This document shows positions 40,447-50,930 of a DNA stretch of 64,000 nt, in pieces. Position numbers and translations under genes: made by a program. The notes under the pieces are model-generated. The model searched no databases, was not told the DNA's origin, and saw only the letters and a list, made by a program, of their open reading frames with translations. This stretch comes from Acidobacteriota bacterium (GTDB taxonomy: Bacteria > Acidobacteriota > UBA6911), in assembly GCA_963664705.1 (NCBI GenBank), contig OY761556.1, positions 4,224,001-4,288,000 of the forward strand, given 5' to 3'. Positions within the stretch are counted from its first letter, which is position 1, and each line of letters starts with the position of its first letter.

Positions 40447-40708
40447 GCCGGCTCCTTCCAGGAAATCGTGTATCCACAGGAAACGTTCATTGTCCCACAG
40501 AATAGCTCCGTCTAGAATAGTAAGTCGTTGTCACGAGTCGGCAGCGGTCATCCTCAGCCCGCTCAACGAACGGTACAAGGATATGAATAAATACCTTTTA
40601 TCGTGGGGGTAATGTTCCTGCTCGCCGGAATTTTCTGGTTGGCCGGAGCCCGATTTCTGCAGCGCGATACCGTCAACCCACAAAGTTCTTGAAGCAATGC
40701 AAGGCAGC

Positions 40709-40767
40709 AAAAAAGCGGAGAACCCGGAAGCTCTCGAACCGGGCTTTCAAGCTTCCAGGTTCTCCGC
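40709..40767 (-). terminator. Intrinsic terminator after the GH3 gene
   Basis: gcggagaacc(c)ggaagct...agcttcc(a)ggttctccgc with a T6 tail on the minus strand. Confidence 0.75.
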
Positions 40768-40780
40768 CGCACAATCTGTG

Positions 40781-43090
40781 TTACTTCACTCTCAAAATCG
40801 CTTTTTGCAGATCCTCATCACGAGAGGAATTCCCTGTCATGATCTCGAATTCGCCCGGCTCGACCACATATCTCATGTTGATATCATAAAAGGCCAGATG
40901 CTCCGGCGTGATTTCGAAAACCACGGTCTCGGTCTGTCCGGGTTCCAGGGAGATTCGACCAAACCCTTTGAGTTCCTTGACCGGGCGCGTAACGGAACTG
41001 AACTTGTCGCGGATGTACATTTGAACGACCTCATCACCCGCCACCGCGCCGTTGTTTGTCACCTCCACGCGCACAACCGTGGATTCGTTCTTTTTGATCA
41101 CCTGTTTTTCCAATCTCGGCGCACCGAACTGGAAAGTCGTATAACTAAGGCCAAACCCGAAGGAATATAGAGGCCGCACGTCGTCGAAAAGATATCCACG
41201 GCGCGCAGCGGGTTTGTAATTGTAATAGGCCGGCAGGTGTCCAACCGACCGCGGAATCGTAATAGGAAGCTTGCCGCCCGGGTTTATATCTCCAAAAAGC
41301 GCCTCGGCAACTGCGGTACCCGTCTCCTGGCCAAGATACCAGCATTCAAAAATAGCCGCAGCCCTCTCCGTCAGGTTTCTTATGGAAAGTGGACGGCCGT
41401 TGAACAGCAATGCAACAATCGGCTTTCCTGTTGCAGCCAACGCATCGACGAGTTCGTCCTGGAGTCCAACCATCTCGAGCGACGTGCGGTCGCCCATGTG
41501 GTTCAGCGCCCAGGCTTCGCGCGAGGTCTGTTCATTACCGCCAATCGCAAGCACAACAATATCCGCGCGTTTTGCAACTTCCACTGCTTCCGTAATGCTT
41601 TTGCGATCATCGTCAGGATTGCTTGGAACAACCTCGTCCTGCTGCCAGGATCCGCCGATTGTGATCTTGCAGCCTTCGTGATACAAAACCTCAATCGCGC
41701 CAGCCCTGCGGCGAATCCCCTGAAGAACGGTTGTTCCGTACCGGGGTTTCCCGCTGTATCCGCCCAGGAGTTCCCGATCGGCGTTGGGACCGATAACCGC
41801 TATCGTCTTTATTTTTGCTGCATCCAGCGGAACAACCTTATCCTGGTTCTTGAGAAGCGTGATGGTCTTGCGGGCCGACTGCAAGGCAAGTTCGCGATGG
41901 CCCTCGCAGGCAACAATGCGGTCCGCCTCATTCGGATCAACATAGGGATCTTCAAAAAGTCCAAGCCTAAATTTCCACAGCAGCATGGGGGCAATCAACT
42001 CATCCAGGAGGGACTCCTTCACTTCACCTTTCCGGACCAACTCCACCAGGTGTGGATAGCAGTCCGCGTCCGGAAGCTCAATATTGACGCCGGCCTTCAC
42101 AGCCAGTGCGGCAGCCTGCTTCCCATCTTCGGCCAGATAGTTGCCGAAGAACCCGGAACGCTCGTTCAATTCCCGGATGGCAAAATAGTCGGAAACCACA
42201 AATCCTCTGAAGCCCCACTCTTTGCGCAATACATCCCGCAACAGCCACTTGTTTGCGTGCGATGGCACTCCATCGATTTCGTTATAGGAAGCCATTACGC
42301 TGATGGCTCCCCCTTTTTTGATTGCCTGCTTGAAGGTTGTCAGAAACACCTCGCGAAGGATCCGCTCCGATACATTCACGGGCGCGATGTTGGTACCTGA
42401 TTCGGGCTGACCGTGAGCTGCGAAGTGTTTGAGTGTGGCAATGACGTGCTTTTTATCCTTGAATGAAGCATCCCCCTGAAATCCCTGGACGGCGGCGATG
42501 GCCATACTGGAAACCAGGTAGGGATCTTCGCCATAGGTTTCCTCGACACGCCCCCAGCGTGGTTCGCGTGCAACATCCACCACGGGGGTCAAAGCCTGAT
42601 GTGTCCCCCGCACGCGTGCCTCTTCGGCGGTCATTTCAAAAAGCCTGCGCACAAGTTCGGGATCAAAAGTGGCGCCCAGGCCTATCGGCTGTGAAAAACT
42701 GGTCCCATCCACGGCGGCATGACCATGCAGGCATTCCTCGTGGAAAAACACCGGAATTTTCAGTCGGCTGTTTTCCAGGAAAAACTTTTGAATGGCATTT
42801 GTCAGCTCCGCCATCTGTCTTGCATTCCTGCCGCCGCCGGCGTCACTGGGGCGCCCGACCTGTCCCAACCCCAGGCGATCTTTGAAAGAGGCTTTTGCTT
42901 TCTGCGGATCAAAGTTCCCCTGCGCATCGAGCATGGTGCTCGATTTTTTATCCCAGATGCAGAGCATCTGCGCGACCTTTTCCTTCAGCGTCATGCGCGA
43001 CAGAAGATCGCGCACCCGGCGCTCTGGAGGTATTGCAGGATTCAGATAGGCCGGCTTCTGTTTTTTGCTGGATTTAGTTCTGGGTTTCAT
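40781..43090 (-). CDS. GH3 beta-glucosidase/xylosidase (BglX-like), no signal peptide seen
   Basis: EECLHG, REPRWGRVEETYGED, KHFAAHG, VVSDY, FGFGLSYT, Fn3-like tail. Confidence 0.9.
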   Translation of the reverse strand: MKPRTKSSKKQKPAYLNPAIPPERRVRDLLSRMTLKEKVAQMLCIWDKKSSTMLDAQGNFDPQKAKASFKDRLGLGQVGRPSDAGGGRNARQMAELTNAIQKFFLENSRLKIPVFFHEECLHGHAAVDGTSFSQPIGLGATFDPELVRRLFEMTAEEARVRGTHQALTPVVDVAREPRWGRVEETYGEDPYLVSSMAIAAVQGFQGDASFKDKKHVIATLKHFAAHGQPESGTNIAPVNVSERILREVFLTTFKQAIKKGGAISVMASYNEIDGVPSHANKWLLRDVLRKEWGFRGFVVSDYFAIRELNERSGFFGNYLAEDGKQAAALAVKAGVNIELPDADCYPHLVELVRKGEVKESLLDELIAPMLLWKFRLGLFEDPYVDPNEADRIVACEGHRELALQSARKTITLLKNQDKVVPLDAAKIKTIAVIGPNADRELLGGYSGKPRYGTTVLQGIRRRAGAIEVLYHEGCKITIGGSWQQDEVVPSNPDDDRKSITEAVEVAKRADIVVLAIGGNEQTSREAWALNHMGDRTSLEMVGLQDELVDALAATGKPIVALLFNGRPLSIRNLTERAAAIFECWYLGQETGTAVAEALFGDINPGGKLPITIPRSVGHLPAYYNYKPAARRGYLFDDVRPLYSFGFGLSYTTFQFGAPRLEKQVIKKNESTVVRVEVTNNGAVAGDEVVQMYIRDKFSSVTRPVKELKGFGRISLEPGQTETVVFEITPEHLAFYDINMRYVVEPGEFEIMTGNSSRDEDLQKAILRVK

Positions 43091-43164
43091 CGGATCTCCT
43101 GACTCCTCAGAGCGCTTTGAATGCAGATGAATGCTGTCGCTTTCGAGGGCATCTCTTTCAACTG

Positions 43165-44652
43165 TTAGCCGGCAACCGGCTGTACCTTGTTTCGCCGTTC
43201 CGCCAGTTCATCCTGAATCCGAATATTCAATTGCTTGCTGATCCCATAAAAGGACAGACAAATTACAATAATCAAAAAGAAGACAGCCGGATAGATGCTG
43301 ATTGTCATCCGAATGCCCAACAGTGCCTGGGATGTCTGCGCCACATTCGCCTTGTATCCGTACCATGACAGGAGCCATCCAGCCATCGCACCGCCAAGGC
43401 TTAATCCGGTCTTCAAAGCAAACATGATGGTTGCATAGATCACTCCGGTGGTGCGACGGCCCGTCTTCCATTCGGCATAGTCGGCAACATCAGCAAACAT
43501 TGCCCAAAGCAGCGGGATGGTTGGAGCGTAAGCCAGAGCGCGGAGATATTCCAATGCGAAGGTTGCCCCGACAGCGTCCGCCGGAAGGAAGATGAATGCC
43601 GCCATCAAAAGGGTTGTGAGACCGAATCCAACCTGCACCACCGCTTTCTTGCCATACCGCATCGACAGGGCTGTAGCGCACAGAACGCCGATCACCGTTA
43701 CAAACTGGCTCGACATATTGAAGAGACTGAAACCCACCGATGCCACGTTTTTTTTATCCGCATCGACAATCAATCCGAAGGTATTGAGCAGACTGTGCCA
43801 AATGCCGCTGCTCCCCGCCTGTGTCAACCCCAGGCTCTGCAGCAGGCCGAACAGCCGGTCATGGTTAACGTAGTACTGAAAATAGTACAAAACTGTGCCG
43901 CCGCGCATTGCCGCAACAATAAAGTGAGCCAGGGTGACGATAAACATTGCGATCCAGGGGCCGTTTTTGAGCAGATTTCCAAAGTCCTTCTTCGCATCCA
44001 TTTTTTGATGCGGATCAGGCTGGATGCGTTCTCGCGTGGTGACAAAAGTAAGCACGAACAGAATCACACATACGACAGCCCAGAGGCTTATCGTCATCTG
44101 CCAGCCTTTTGCATTGTCGCCTTGACCGAACTTCGCTACCAGGGGCAGGGTGAACCCGCCGATGATCAGTTGAGCAATCATGGCAGATACAAAACGATAG
44201 GAGGAAAGGCTCGTACGTTCATTAACATTGCCGGTCATTACGCCGGTCATCGCGGAATAAGGCGTATTATTGATGGAATACAGCGTCATCAGGAGGATAT
44301 TGGTAACGCAGGCCCATATTATCTTGCCCATCGTTGTATAGTTCGGCGTGGTATACGCAAGAATCATCACGACGCCCCAGGGCAATGCAGACCAAAGAAC
44401 CCACGGCCTGAATTTCCCCCAACGGGTGTTGGTCCGATCGGCAATGACTCCCATCATGGGATCAAAGAACCCATCCCATAGCCGGCCGACCAAAAGCAGA
44501 GATCCTGCGATGGCGGCGGCAATCCCCATGGTATCGGTATAAAAATTGAGCTGAAAGAGAATCATGGTCTGAAAAACAAAGTTCGCCGCCGCATCGCCAA
44601 AGCTGTAGCCGATTTTTTCCAGAACAGGCAGCTTCGAGGTATCCGATTTCAT
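43165..44652 (-). CDS. GPH-family (glycoside-pentoside-hexuronide) MFS symporter
   Basis: EKIGYSFGDAA, DPMMGVIADRTNTRWGKFRPW, ADVADYAEWKTGRR. Confidence 0.9.
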   Translation of the reverse strand: MKSDTSKLPVLEKIGYSFGDAAANFVFQTMILFQLNFYTDTMGIAAAIAGSLLLVGRLWDGFFDPMMGVIADRTNTRWGKFRPWVLWSALPWGVVMILAYTTPNYTTMGKIIWACVTNILLMTLYSINNTPYSAMTGVMTGNVNERTSLSSYRFVSAMIAQLIIGGFTLPLVAKFGQGDNAKGWQMTISLWAVVCVILFVLTFVTTRERIQPDPHQKMDAKKDFGNLLKNGPWIAMFIVTLAHFIVAAMRGGTVLYYFQYYVNHDRLFGLLQSLGLTQAGSSGIWHSLLNTFGLIVDADKKNVASVGFSLFNMSSQFVTVIGVLCATALSMRYGKKAVVQVGFGLTTLLMAAFIFLPADAVGATFALEYLRALAYAPTIPLLWAMFADVADYAEWKTGRRTTGVIYATIMFALKTGLSLGGAMAGWLLSWYGYKANVAQTSQALLGIRMTISIYPAVFFLIIVICLSFYGISKQLNIRIQDELAERRNKVQPVAG

Positions 44653-44784
44653 ACAGGTCCTTTCTTCACTTCTTCTGGAAGACTGGGGATGACCGTTCCT
44701 TGTTCGTGTACGTTAACGGAGTGCTATGGTAGCACAATGCCTCTTGCGATGGACGATTTACGAATGATGATTTGACGTAAAAAA

Positions 44785-45390
44785 TTACTTCCGGGTGACG
44801 CGGCCTTTGTCGTCCATCCTCTCAAGGCTGAACTGGATCCGCTGGATGTAGTTGATCGTCTCCTGATGCCGCCAGCCAGGGACATCCGGAGCAACATTCC
44901 GGATGTTCAGCCACAACTGCTCATCAAGCGATTTCCCAAGGGCTACTTTTTGCGCCCGCAAAATGGTGGATCGACCGGCATTATAGCTGCCGAACATGAA
45001 GTGGGGGCGATCTGTGGTGGCCGCCCCGGCCCCCCACTGCCGCCATAGCTGCCGGTTGTAGTAGATTCCGGCGGCGATATTCCATTCAGGATCATCAATA
45101 TTTTTAAAGTCGGGATTCCTGGACTGGACGCTTTCGAAAGTGGACGGCATCAGTTGCATGATTCCACGCGCGCCAACCCAACTGACGGCATTGGGGTTGA
45201 GATTACTCTCGGTCATGCTCTGGGCTTTGAAAACTCTCCAGTCAAAAGCGGGACCGAAGTAGCGCTTGGCATACTTGCGAAATACATCGTCATAGCGGTC
45301 CGAAACGGTTAACTGAGCATGTACCGTCCCTGTCCCTGCCAGGCAGAGCAGAATTGCGATGGCAGTGACCTTTATCGCCCGATTCATCAA
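44785..45390 (-). CDS. Exported lytic transglycosylase (SLT domain, MltF-like)
   Basis: TESNLNP, GIMQLMP, YNAG, ETINY; signal peptide. Confidence 0.85.
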   Translation of the reverse strand: MMNRAIKVTAIAILLCLAGTGTVHAQLTVSDRYDDVFRKYAKRYFGPAFDWRVFKAQSMTESNLNPNAVSWVGARGIMQLMPSTFESVQSRNPDFKNIDDPEWNIAAGIYYNRQLWRQWGAGAATTDRPHFMFGSYNAGRSTILRAQKVALGKSLDEQLWLNIRNVAPDVPGWRHQETINYIQRIQFSLERMDDKGRVTRK

Positions 45391-45590
45391 TGCAGTGCTC
45401 CTCCGATTACCAGAGCGATGGAAATGAAAATAGCAGCAATAAAAATTCCGACCGCGACATTCCCCTTCTTCAGTTCTTCAGCAAAATCCACCTGCGGCGT
45501 GAGCCAGTCGATCACACGGTAGGCCGCAAACATCAGCGCAACGCCAAGAATCGCATAAACGAAATTGAGTGCAACGATTCTCCATTCCAT
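45387..45590 (-). CDS. DUF350 small membrane protein
   Basis: Two TM helices with DWLTP..EELKKGNVAVG; AGGAG RBS. Confidence 0.8.
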   Translation of the reverse strand: MEWRIVALNFVYAILGVALMFAAYRVIDWLTPQVDFAEELKKGNVAVGIFIAAIFISIALVIGGALH

Positions 45591-45695
45591 CGATCGCTTC
45601 TCCTATGTCAGGGCCTGAGCCCATCCATTCCATGCATTACGTTAATCTCACCGATTTGGTTTCATTCTGATCCAAGATCAGATTCAGGTACAGCC

Positions 45696-46247
45696 CTACT
45701 GTAACTGATAAACCCCAATGATCACATATGGCTTTTCGCCCGGCTTCAGCTGCGGAACCGTAAGGGTTCCAAGAAAAACGGCATGATTCAGGTAGTCATA
45801 GGGACTGTTCAGCGGGGCTTCGATATCCAGGACAGAACGGATATACCGACCCCCCTTTCCCGCGGAGCCGGTTACATGAAGCAGGGCACGATTGATCACG
45901 TGGATCAAATACCCGTCGTTTGTCTTCAGTATGTACCGCGCCTGCAGCTCTGTGTCCCCATCGGGACGAACCAGCTGCCAGTCCTCACCCATTGGAAGCA
46001 CTGTCCCTTCGATCTTGGGTCCTTTGAACGTACCGCCCAGGATGGGAATCACTCGCCGCTGGCCATGTTTGCTTGGAGCCAAAGCGATTGCATCGCCGAT
46101 AAGAGCTTTGGTTTCCCACGCCAGCCCGGTTTTGAATACCTGGCTATCGGAATTGGCCGTTTGACAATAGACGCTCTGCCGGATTCCTGATATCAGAAGC
46201 AGAATCAGGGCACCGCAATAAAATATTCGTTTCATCGCGCCAATCAT
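45696..46247 (-). CDS. DUF3237 family protein with signal peptide
   Basis: GQRRVIPILGGTFKGP..GEDW..ARYILKTNDG..YDYLN. Confidence 0.8.
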   Translation of the reverse strand: MIGAMKRIFYCGALILLLISGIRQSVYCQTANSDSQVFKTGLAWETKALIGDAIALAPSKHGQRRVIPILGGTFKGPKIEGTVLPMGEDWQLVRPDGDTELQARYILKTNDGYLIHVINRALLHVTGSAGKGGRYIRSVLDIEAPLNSPYDYLNHAVFLGTLTVPQLKPGEKPYVIIGVYQLQ

Positions 46248-46350
46248 TGGATTTCCTCCTGGAGCCCCCTCAGTTTAAAACAAATCGACGAAATTCGATG
46301 CAAATTCATCAGACAGCTGCGCAATCATGCCCGGGTGCCATATCCTATCC

Positions 46351-46380
46351 TTGACATTCGCAGGGATGGAGTTCTACTTT
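46351..46380 (+). promoter_or_regulatory. Candidate sigma70 promoter for the ABC pair
   Basis: TTGACA - 18 bp - TACTTT. Confidence 0.4.
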
Positions 46381-46453
46381 TTCTTTGGGCTTGGTTCGCC
46401 TCGAGTTTCGCGAGCAGACAGTGCAGCATCCAGCAAATAGGCCTATCATTTTC

Positions 46454-48172
46454 ATGAAACCTCTTCGATTCAGCCCGGCTTTTTTCCGAACCTCTCGATT
46501 CGACATAGCAGATATCTTCATACTGCTTGTTCTGTTAACTTTCCTGTACATTGGGATCCGTGTATCCATCCATGCTCCTGCTGTGATTTCCGGGCCTAAC
46601 ATCTCTTTGTCCTTATGGGCTTTGCCCTGGTATACAGCTCTTTCTGTCGGCCGCATGTTCATTGCCTACCTGATATCGCTGGCTTTCACGCTGGTATACG
46701 GCTATGTAGCTGCGCGCAGCCGCACAGCAGAAAAAATCATGATGCCGACCCTGGACATTCTTCAGAGTGTGCCAATCCTATCCTTCCTGCCGGTCGTTCT
46801 ATTGAGCTTGAGCACCATATTGCCGGAGGGCTTTGCCGCAGAGCTGGCAGCCATCATTTTGATCTTCACTTCGCAAGCCTGGAACATGACCTACAGCTTC
46901 TTTCAGTCGGTCACCACGGTGCCGCATGAGCTTCGCGAGGCATCCGAAATATTCAGACTCAACCACTGGCTTCGCTTCAGGGTGGTTGAACTCCCATTTT
47001 CGGCATTAGGCCTTATCTGGAACAGCATGATGAGTTGGGCCGGCGGCTGGTTTTTTCTTATGGCATCAGAGATCTTTACGGTCGGGGCCAGGGATTTCAG
47101 GCTGCCCGGAATTGGAGCGTACCTCCAGACCGCCGCCAGCACAGGAAATATTCATGCAGTCGTATTGGGTATCCTTGCCCTTGTGCTCACGATCATCCTG
47201 TTGGATCAGCTTCTTTGGCGGCCTATTCTGGCATGGGCGGAAAAATTCAAGGTTGAAATGGTTGCAGGAGAACGGACCGCACAATCCTTCGTGCGCGATT
47301 TTATGTCCCGCTCCTGGCTTTTCGAGCAGTTGACAACGCGGGCAATTGAGCCCTTTGTCGAATGGCTGGATTCGAGATTGGGTCAGGAACCCCGGAATAC
47401 GGAACTGCGCCGAACCAATAAATCCTCCACGTCCTATCCTCTGATCGTTTTGGCTGTGGTAACCGGGTCCGTTGGGCTCATTGGCATTTATAAAATGGGC
47501 TGGATGCTTAGAGCTCTCCACTCTGCTGATTGGATTGCCGTGGCACTGGGCACACTTACTACATTCCTGCGGGTCGTATTGGCACTGATCATTGCCCTTG
47601 CCTGGACGGTTCCCGTTGGAGTTGCCATCGGTTCCAATCGCAAACTGGCCGGAATCCTGCAACCAGTGGTTCAAATAACCGCCTCAGTACCCGCAACGGC
47701 CTTGTTCCCAGTCCTACTTTTGATGCTGGTGCGATTACCCGGAGGACTGAACATCGCTGCGGTGGTGTTAATGCTGATGGGAACTCAATGGTACCTGCTA
47801 TTCAATGTCATTGCCGGTGCCGCGGCAATTCCACAGGACCTGCGCGATACGACGGCGCTCCTGAAGCTTTCAGTGGTGGATAAATGGCGCAACCTGATAT
47901 TGCCGTCGATATTCCCTTATCTCATCACGGGATCGATTACCGCCGGTGGCGGAGCCTGGAATGCCAGTATCGTGGCCGAACATGTCCAATTTGGCGGGCG
48001 GACTCTTGCCACAAGCGGCATCGGAGCATTGATTGCATCGGCGACAGGTAAAGGCAACTATCCGCTGCTGCTGGCATCCACACTGGCATTAATCCTTACC
48101 GTCGTAAGCATCAACCGCCTTTTCTGGCGTCGATTGTACCGAATGGCGGAAGAACGATATCGAATGGAGTAA
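46454..48172 (+). CDS. NitT/TauT-type ABC permease (duplicated TMD)
   Basis: LDILQSVPILSFLP, SMMSWAGGWFFL, GGAWNASIVAE. Confidence 0.85.
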   Translation: MKPLRFSPAFFRTSRFDIADIFILLVLLTFLYIGIRVSIHAPAVISGPNISLSLWALPWYTALSVGRMFIAYLISLAFTLVYGYVAARSRTAEKIMMPTLDILQSVPILSFLPVVLLSLSTILPEGFAAELAAIILIFTSQAWNMTYSFFQSVTTVPHELREASEIFRLNHWLRFRVVELPFSALGLIWNSMMSWAGGWFFLMASEIFTVGARDFRLPGIGAYLQTAASTGNIHAVVLGILALVLTIILLDQLLWRPILAWAEKFKVEMVAGERTAQSFVRDFMSRSWLFEQLTTRAIEPFVEWLDSRLGQEPRNTELRRTNKSSTSYPLIVLAVVTGSVGLIGIYKMGWMLRALHSADWIAVALGTLTTFLRVVLALIIALAWTVPVGVAIGSNRKLAGILQPVVQITASVPATALFPVLLLMLVRLPGGLNIAAVVLMLMGTQWYLLFNVIAGAAAIPQDLRDTTALLKLSVVDKWRNLILPSIFPYLITGSITAGGGAWNASIVAEHVQFGGRTLATSGIGALIASATGKGNYPLLLASTLALILTVVSINRLFWRRLYRMAEERYRME

Positions 48173-48177
48173 ACCAC

Positions 48178-49476
48178 ATGCCCGCAAACGTCGCGTCGCC
48201 TTCATCCGTTGCGCTGCTGGAGCTTCAGGACATCTACAAAAGCTATGGGTCCGGAAACCGCCAGTTCGTCGCACTTCAAGATATAAACCTGCGAATTCGA
48301 GCGGGTGAATTTGTGTCTCTTTTGGGCCCTTCCGGTTGCGGGAAATCGACCCTGCTGCGCATATTGACAGGACTGAATTCGGCAAGTTCCGGCAGGGTTT
48401 TGTACAATGGGCAACCCCTGGTCGGCATCAACCCGCATGCCACGATCGTCTTTCAGACTTTTGCATTGTATCCATGGCTGACAGTTCAGGAAAATGTGGA
48501 GCTTGCTCTGAAAGCGCGCGGCGTTGAGCGCAGGGCCCGTCAATCCAAAGCTGTAAAGCTCATCGATACAGTCGGCCTGGACGGCTTTGAATCGGCATAT
48601 CCCCGCGAGCTGTCGGGGGGAATGCGTCAAAAGGTGGGGTTTGCACGCGCCATGGCGGTTGAACCCGAGCTTCTCTGTCTCGATGAGCCCTTTTCAGCTT
48701 TGGATGTCCTCTCAGCAGAAGCGTTGCGCGGCGAGTTAATGGAGCTTTGGCTGAACAAATCCATCCCGACTCAAGCCATCCTCATGGTCACCCATAACAT
48801 TGAGGAGGCGGTTTTCATGGCAGACCGCCTGGTTATCATGGATAAAGATCCGGGCCGTATTGTGGCCGAAATGCCGGTCAGTCTGCGGCATCCGCGTCAG
48901 CGAAAAGATACGGCCTTCCAGGCAATTGTGGATAGAGTATACGCCGCAGTTGCAGGGAAGACTCTCCCTGAGGCGGAGGAATTAGGACAGGCCCCTGGCA
49001 AAGGAAAGACGCGGCGCCTGCCGCAGGCGCGCCTCAATGCACTGGCAGGATTACTGGAAAAACTATCGGACGACGGAGGCCGAGCCGACATTTACCGCCT
49101 GGCCGCAGATGTCGTCATGGAACTGGATGATCTGTTGCCAATTGTGGAAGCGGGCGAATTACTCGGTTTTGTCAACGTTCAGGAGGGGGACCTGCAGCTG
49201 ACGCCCCTGGGCCGGGCATATGCAGAGGCCAGCGTGCTTGGACGCAAAGAGATGTTTGCCGGGCGCGTGCTGCGGTTGCCACTCATCAGCTGGATATATG
49301 AAACACTGCAACAGGACGATAATCAGCGCGTCTCGAAGGAATATTATCTTGATAAACTCCGCCCCGATTTTCACGATCGGACAGAACGGCAGCTGGAGCG
49401 CGCCATCAACTGGGGACGATTCGCAGAGCTTTTTGCATTTGATGATGATACGGACGAACTATATCTCGAACAGTAA
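48178..49476 (+). CDS. NitT/TauT-type ABC ATPase with C-terminal AAA-associated domain
   Basis: [32 protein letters not shown]; C-terminal WGRFAELF. Confidence 0.87.
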   Translation: MPANVASPSSVALLELQDIYKSYGSGNRQFVALQDINLRIRAGEFVSLLGPSGCGKSTLLRILTGLNSASSGRVLYNGQPLVGINPHATIVFQTFALYPWLTVQENVELALKARGVERRARQSKAVKLIDTVGLDGFESAYPRELSGGMRQKVGFARAMAVEPELLCLDEPFSALDVLSAEALRGELMELWLNKSIPTQAILMVTHNIEEAVFMADRLVIMDKDPGRIVAEMPVSLRHPRQRKDTAFQAIVDRVYAAVAGKTLPEAEELGQAPGKGKTRRLPQARLNALAGLLEKLSDDGGRADIYRLAADVVMELDDLLPIVEAGELLGFVNVQEGDLQLTPLGRAYAEASVLGRKEMFAGRVLRLPLISWIYETLQQDDNQRVSKEYYLDKLRPDFHDRTERQLERAINWGRFAELFAFDDDTDELYLEQ

Positions 49477-49485
49477 GATTGCGAA

Positions 49486-50157
49486 CTAGTTACTATCCTT
49501 GATTTCCTGCCGGTGCCGCACCTCGCGTCCTTCCACAAGATAGATGACTTCCTCGGCAATATTTGTGGCATGATCACCGACTCGCTCCAAATTCCTCGAC
49601 ATGAGAATCAGCGAAAGCGCTCGCTCGATCGTTCCGGGATCCGCCATCATATAAGTCAAGAGCACACGAAAGATCTGGTCGCGAAAAAGATCGACTTCCT
49701 TTTCGTCTTCCAAAACCGCCCGCGCTGCTGCGCAGTCCCTGTTGACCAGGGCTTCAAGGCTCTTACGCACCATATTTTCCGCCAATTCTCCCATGCGCGG
49801 CAAGTCAACCAGAGGCTTCAGCGGCGACGATTTCAGGACGTAATGTGCATTCTGGCATATATTGACAGCCTGGTCGCCAATGCGTTCCAGCTCGGTAGCA
49901 ATGCGAGAAGCCATGAACAGGAAACGGACATCACTGCCAACCGGCTGCTGCAGTGCCGTGAGCTTAACCGCCCGGTCATCAATTTCGAGCTGAAGATCGT
50001 TGACCTCCATCTCCTTCTTCTGGACATCCTGGGAAAGGGATTCATTCCGCTCAATCAGGACGCGAAGTGCAAGCTGGACCATGGACTCTGCAAGCCGCCC
50101 CATAAGAACCAGTTTTTCCAGCAAGCCTTGAATCTGTTCATCGAAGTGGCGCTGCAT
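49486..50157 (-). CDS. phoU: Phosphate signalling protein PhoU (copy 1)
   Basis: LQQPVGSDVR..LERIGD..LERVGDHATNIAEEV. Confidence 0.92.
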   Translation of the reverse strand: MQRHFDEQIQGLLEKLVLMGRLAESMVQLALRVLIERNESLSQDVQKKEMEVNDLQLEIDDRAVKLTALQQPVGSDVRFLFMASRIATELERIGDQAVNICQNAHYVLKSSPLKPLVDLPRMGELAENMVRKSLEALVNRDCAAARAVLEDEKEVDLFRDQIFRVLLTYMMADPGTIERALSLILMSRNLERVGDHATNIAEEVIYLVEGREVRHRQEIKDSN

Positions 50158-50159
50158 CT

Positions 50160-50924
50160 TTATCCAAACCTCCCTGAAATATACTGTTCCGTCCGCGGAT
50201 CGGATTGCAGAGTAAAGATGGTTTGCGTTTCCCCAACCTCAACAAGTTCCCCCAGCAGCATAAACGCGGTGTAATCAGAAATTCGAGCGGCCTGTTGCAT
50301 ATTGTGCGTAACGATAACAATTGTGTACGCGCTCTTCAGGTCAATAAGCAACTCTTCAATGCGCGCCGTGGCAATGGGATCCAGAGCCGACGTCGGCTCA
50401 TCCATCAGCAAAACTTCCGGCTCAACTGCAAGCAACCGGGATATACAGACCCGTTGCTGTTGCTCCGGGGACAGAGACAATGCGGAGTCATGCAATCGAT
50501 CCTTTAATGAATCCCAAAGCCCTGTCTGGCGGAGAGCCTTTTCTACCCTCACATCCAGATCACCGTCGGCCAGGCCATGGATCTTTGGACCATAGGCAAT
50601 ATTTTCGAAGACGGAAAGAGGGAATGGATTAGGGCGTTGAAACACCATGCCTACGCGCTTGCGCAATTGCCGCAGGTCGATGCGCGGATCATAAATGGAT
50701 TGCCCCTCGAGAAGAACATCACCCAAAACACGGATCCCCCGGATGGAATCATTCATACGGTTGAAGACACGCACAAGCGTGGATTTTCCGCAGCCGGACG
50801 GCCCGATAATGGCCGTAATAGCGCTCGGTCTTATAGACAGCGACACGCCAGTCAACGCGTGAAACTTGCCATACCAGAGGTCCAGCGATTTGGTCTCCAG
50901 CTTATACTGCACCGTATCTCCCAT
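50160..50924 (-). CDS. pstB: Phosphate ABC ATPase with degenerate signature (LSPEQ)
   Basis: [47 protein letters not shown]. Confidence 0.9.
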   Translation of the reverse strand: MGDTVQYKLETKSLDLWYGKFHALTGVSLSIRPSAITAIIGPSGCGKSTLVRVFNRMNDSIRGIRVLGDVLLEGQSIYDPRIDLRQLRKRVGMVFQRPNPFPLSVFENIAYGPKIHGLADGDLDVRVEKALRQTGLWDSLKDRLHDSALSLSPEQQQRVCISRLLAVEPEVLLMDEPTSALDPIATARIEELLIDLKSAYTIVIVTHNMQQAARISDYTAFMLLGELVEVGETQTIFTLQSDPRTEQYISGRFG

Positions 50925-50930
50925 GAGTAA

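Noticed and set aside
40447-40560. Phe-rich leader or attenuator upstream of the pheA fusion
   Set aside because: No Phe-rich short ORF and no terminator with a U-tract on the minus strand.
46360-46440. Fluoride riboswitch-like gggatggagttc
   Set aside because: Lacks the closing stem and the downstream TGATGACTCC-type pseudoknot strand; better read as a promoter spacer.
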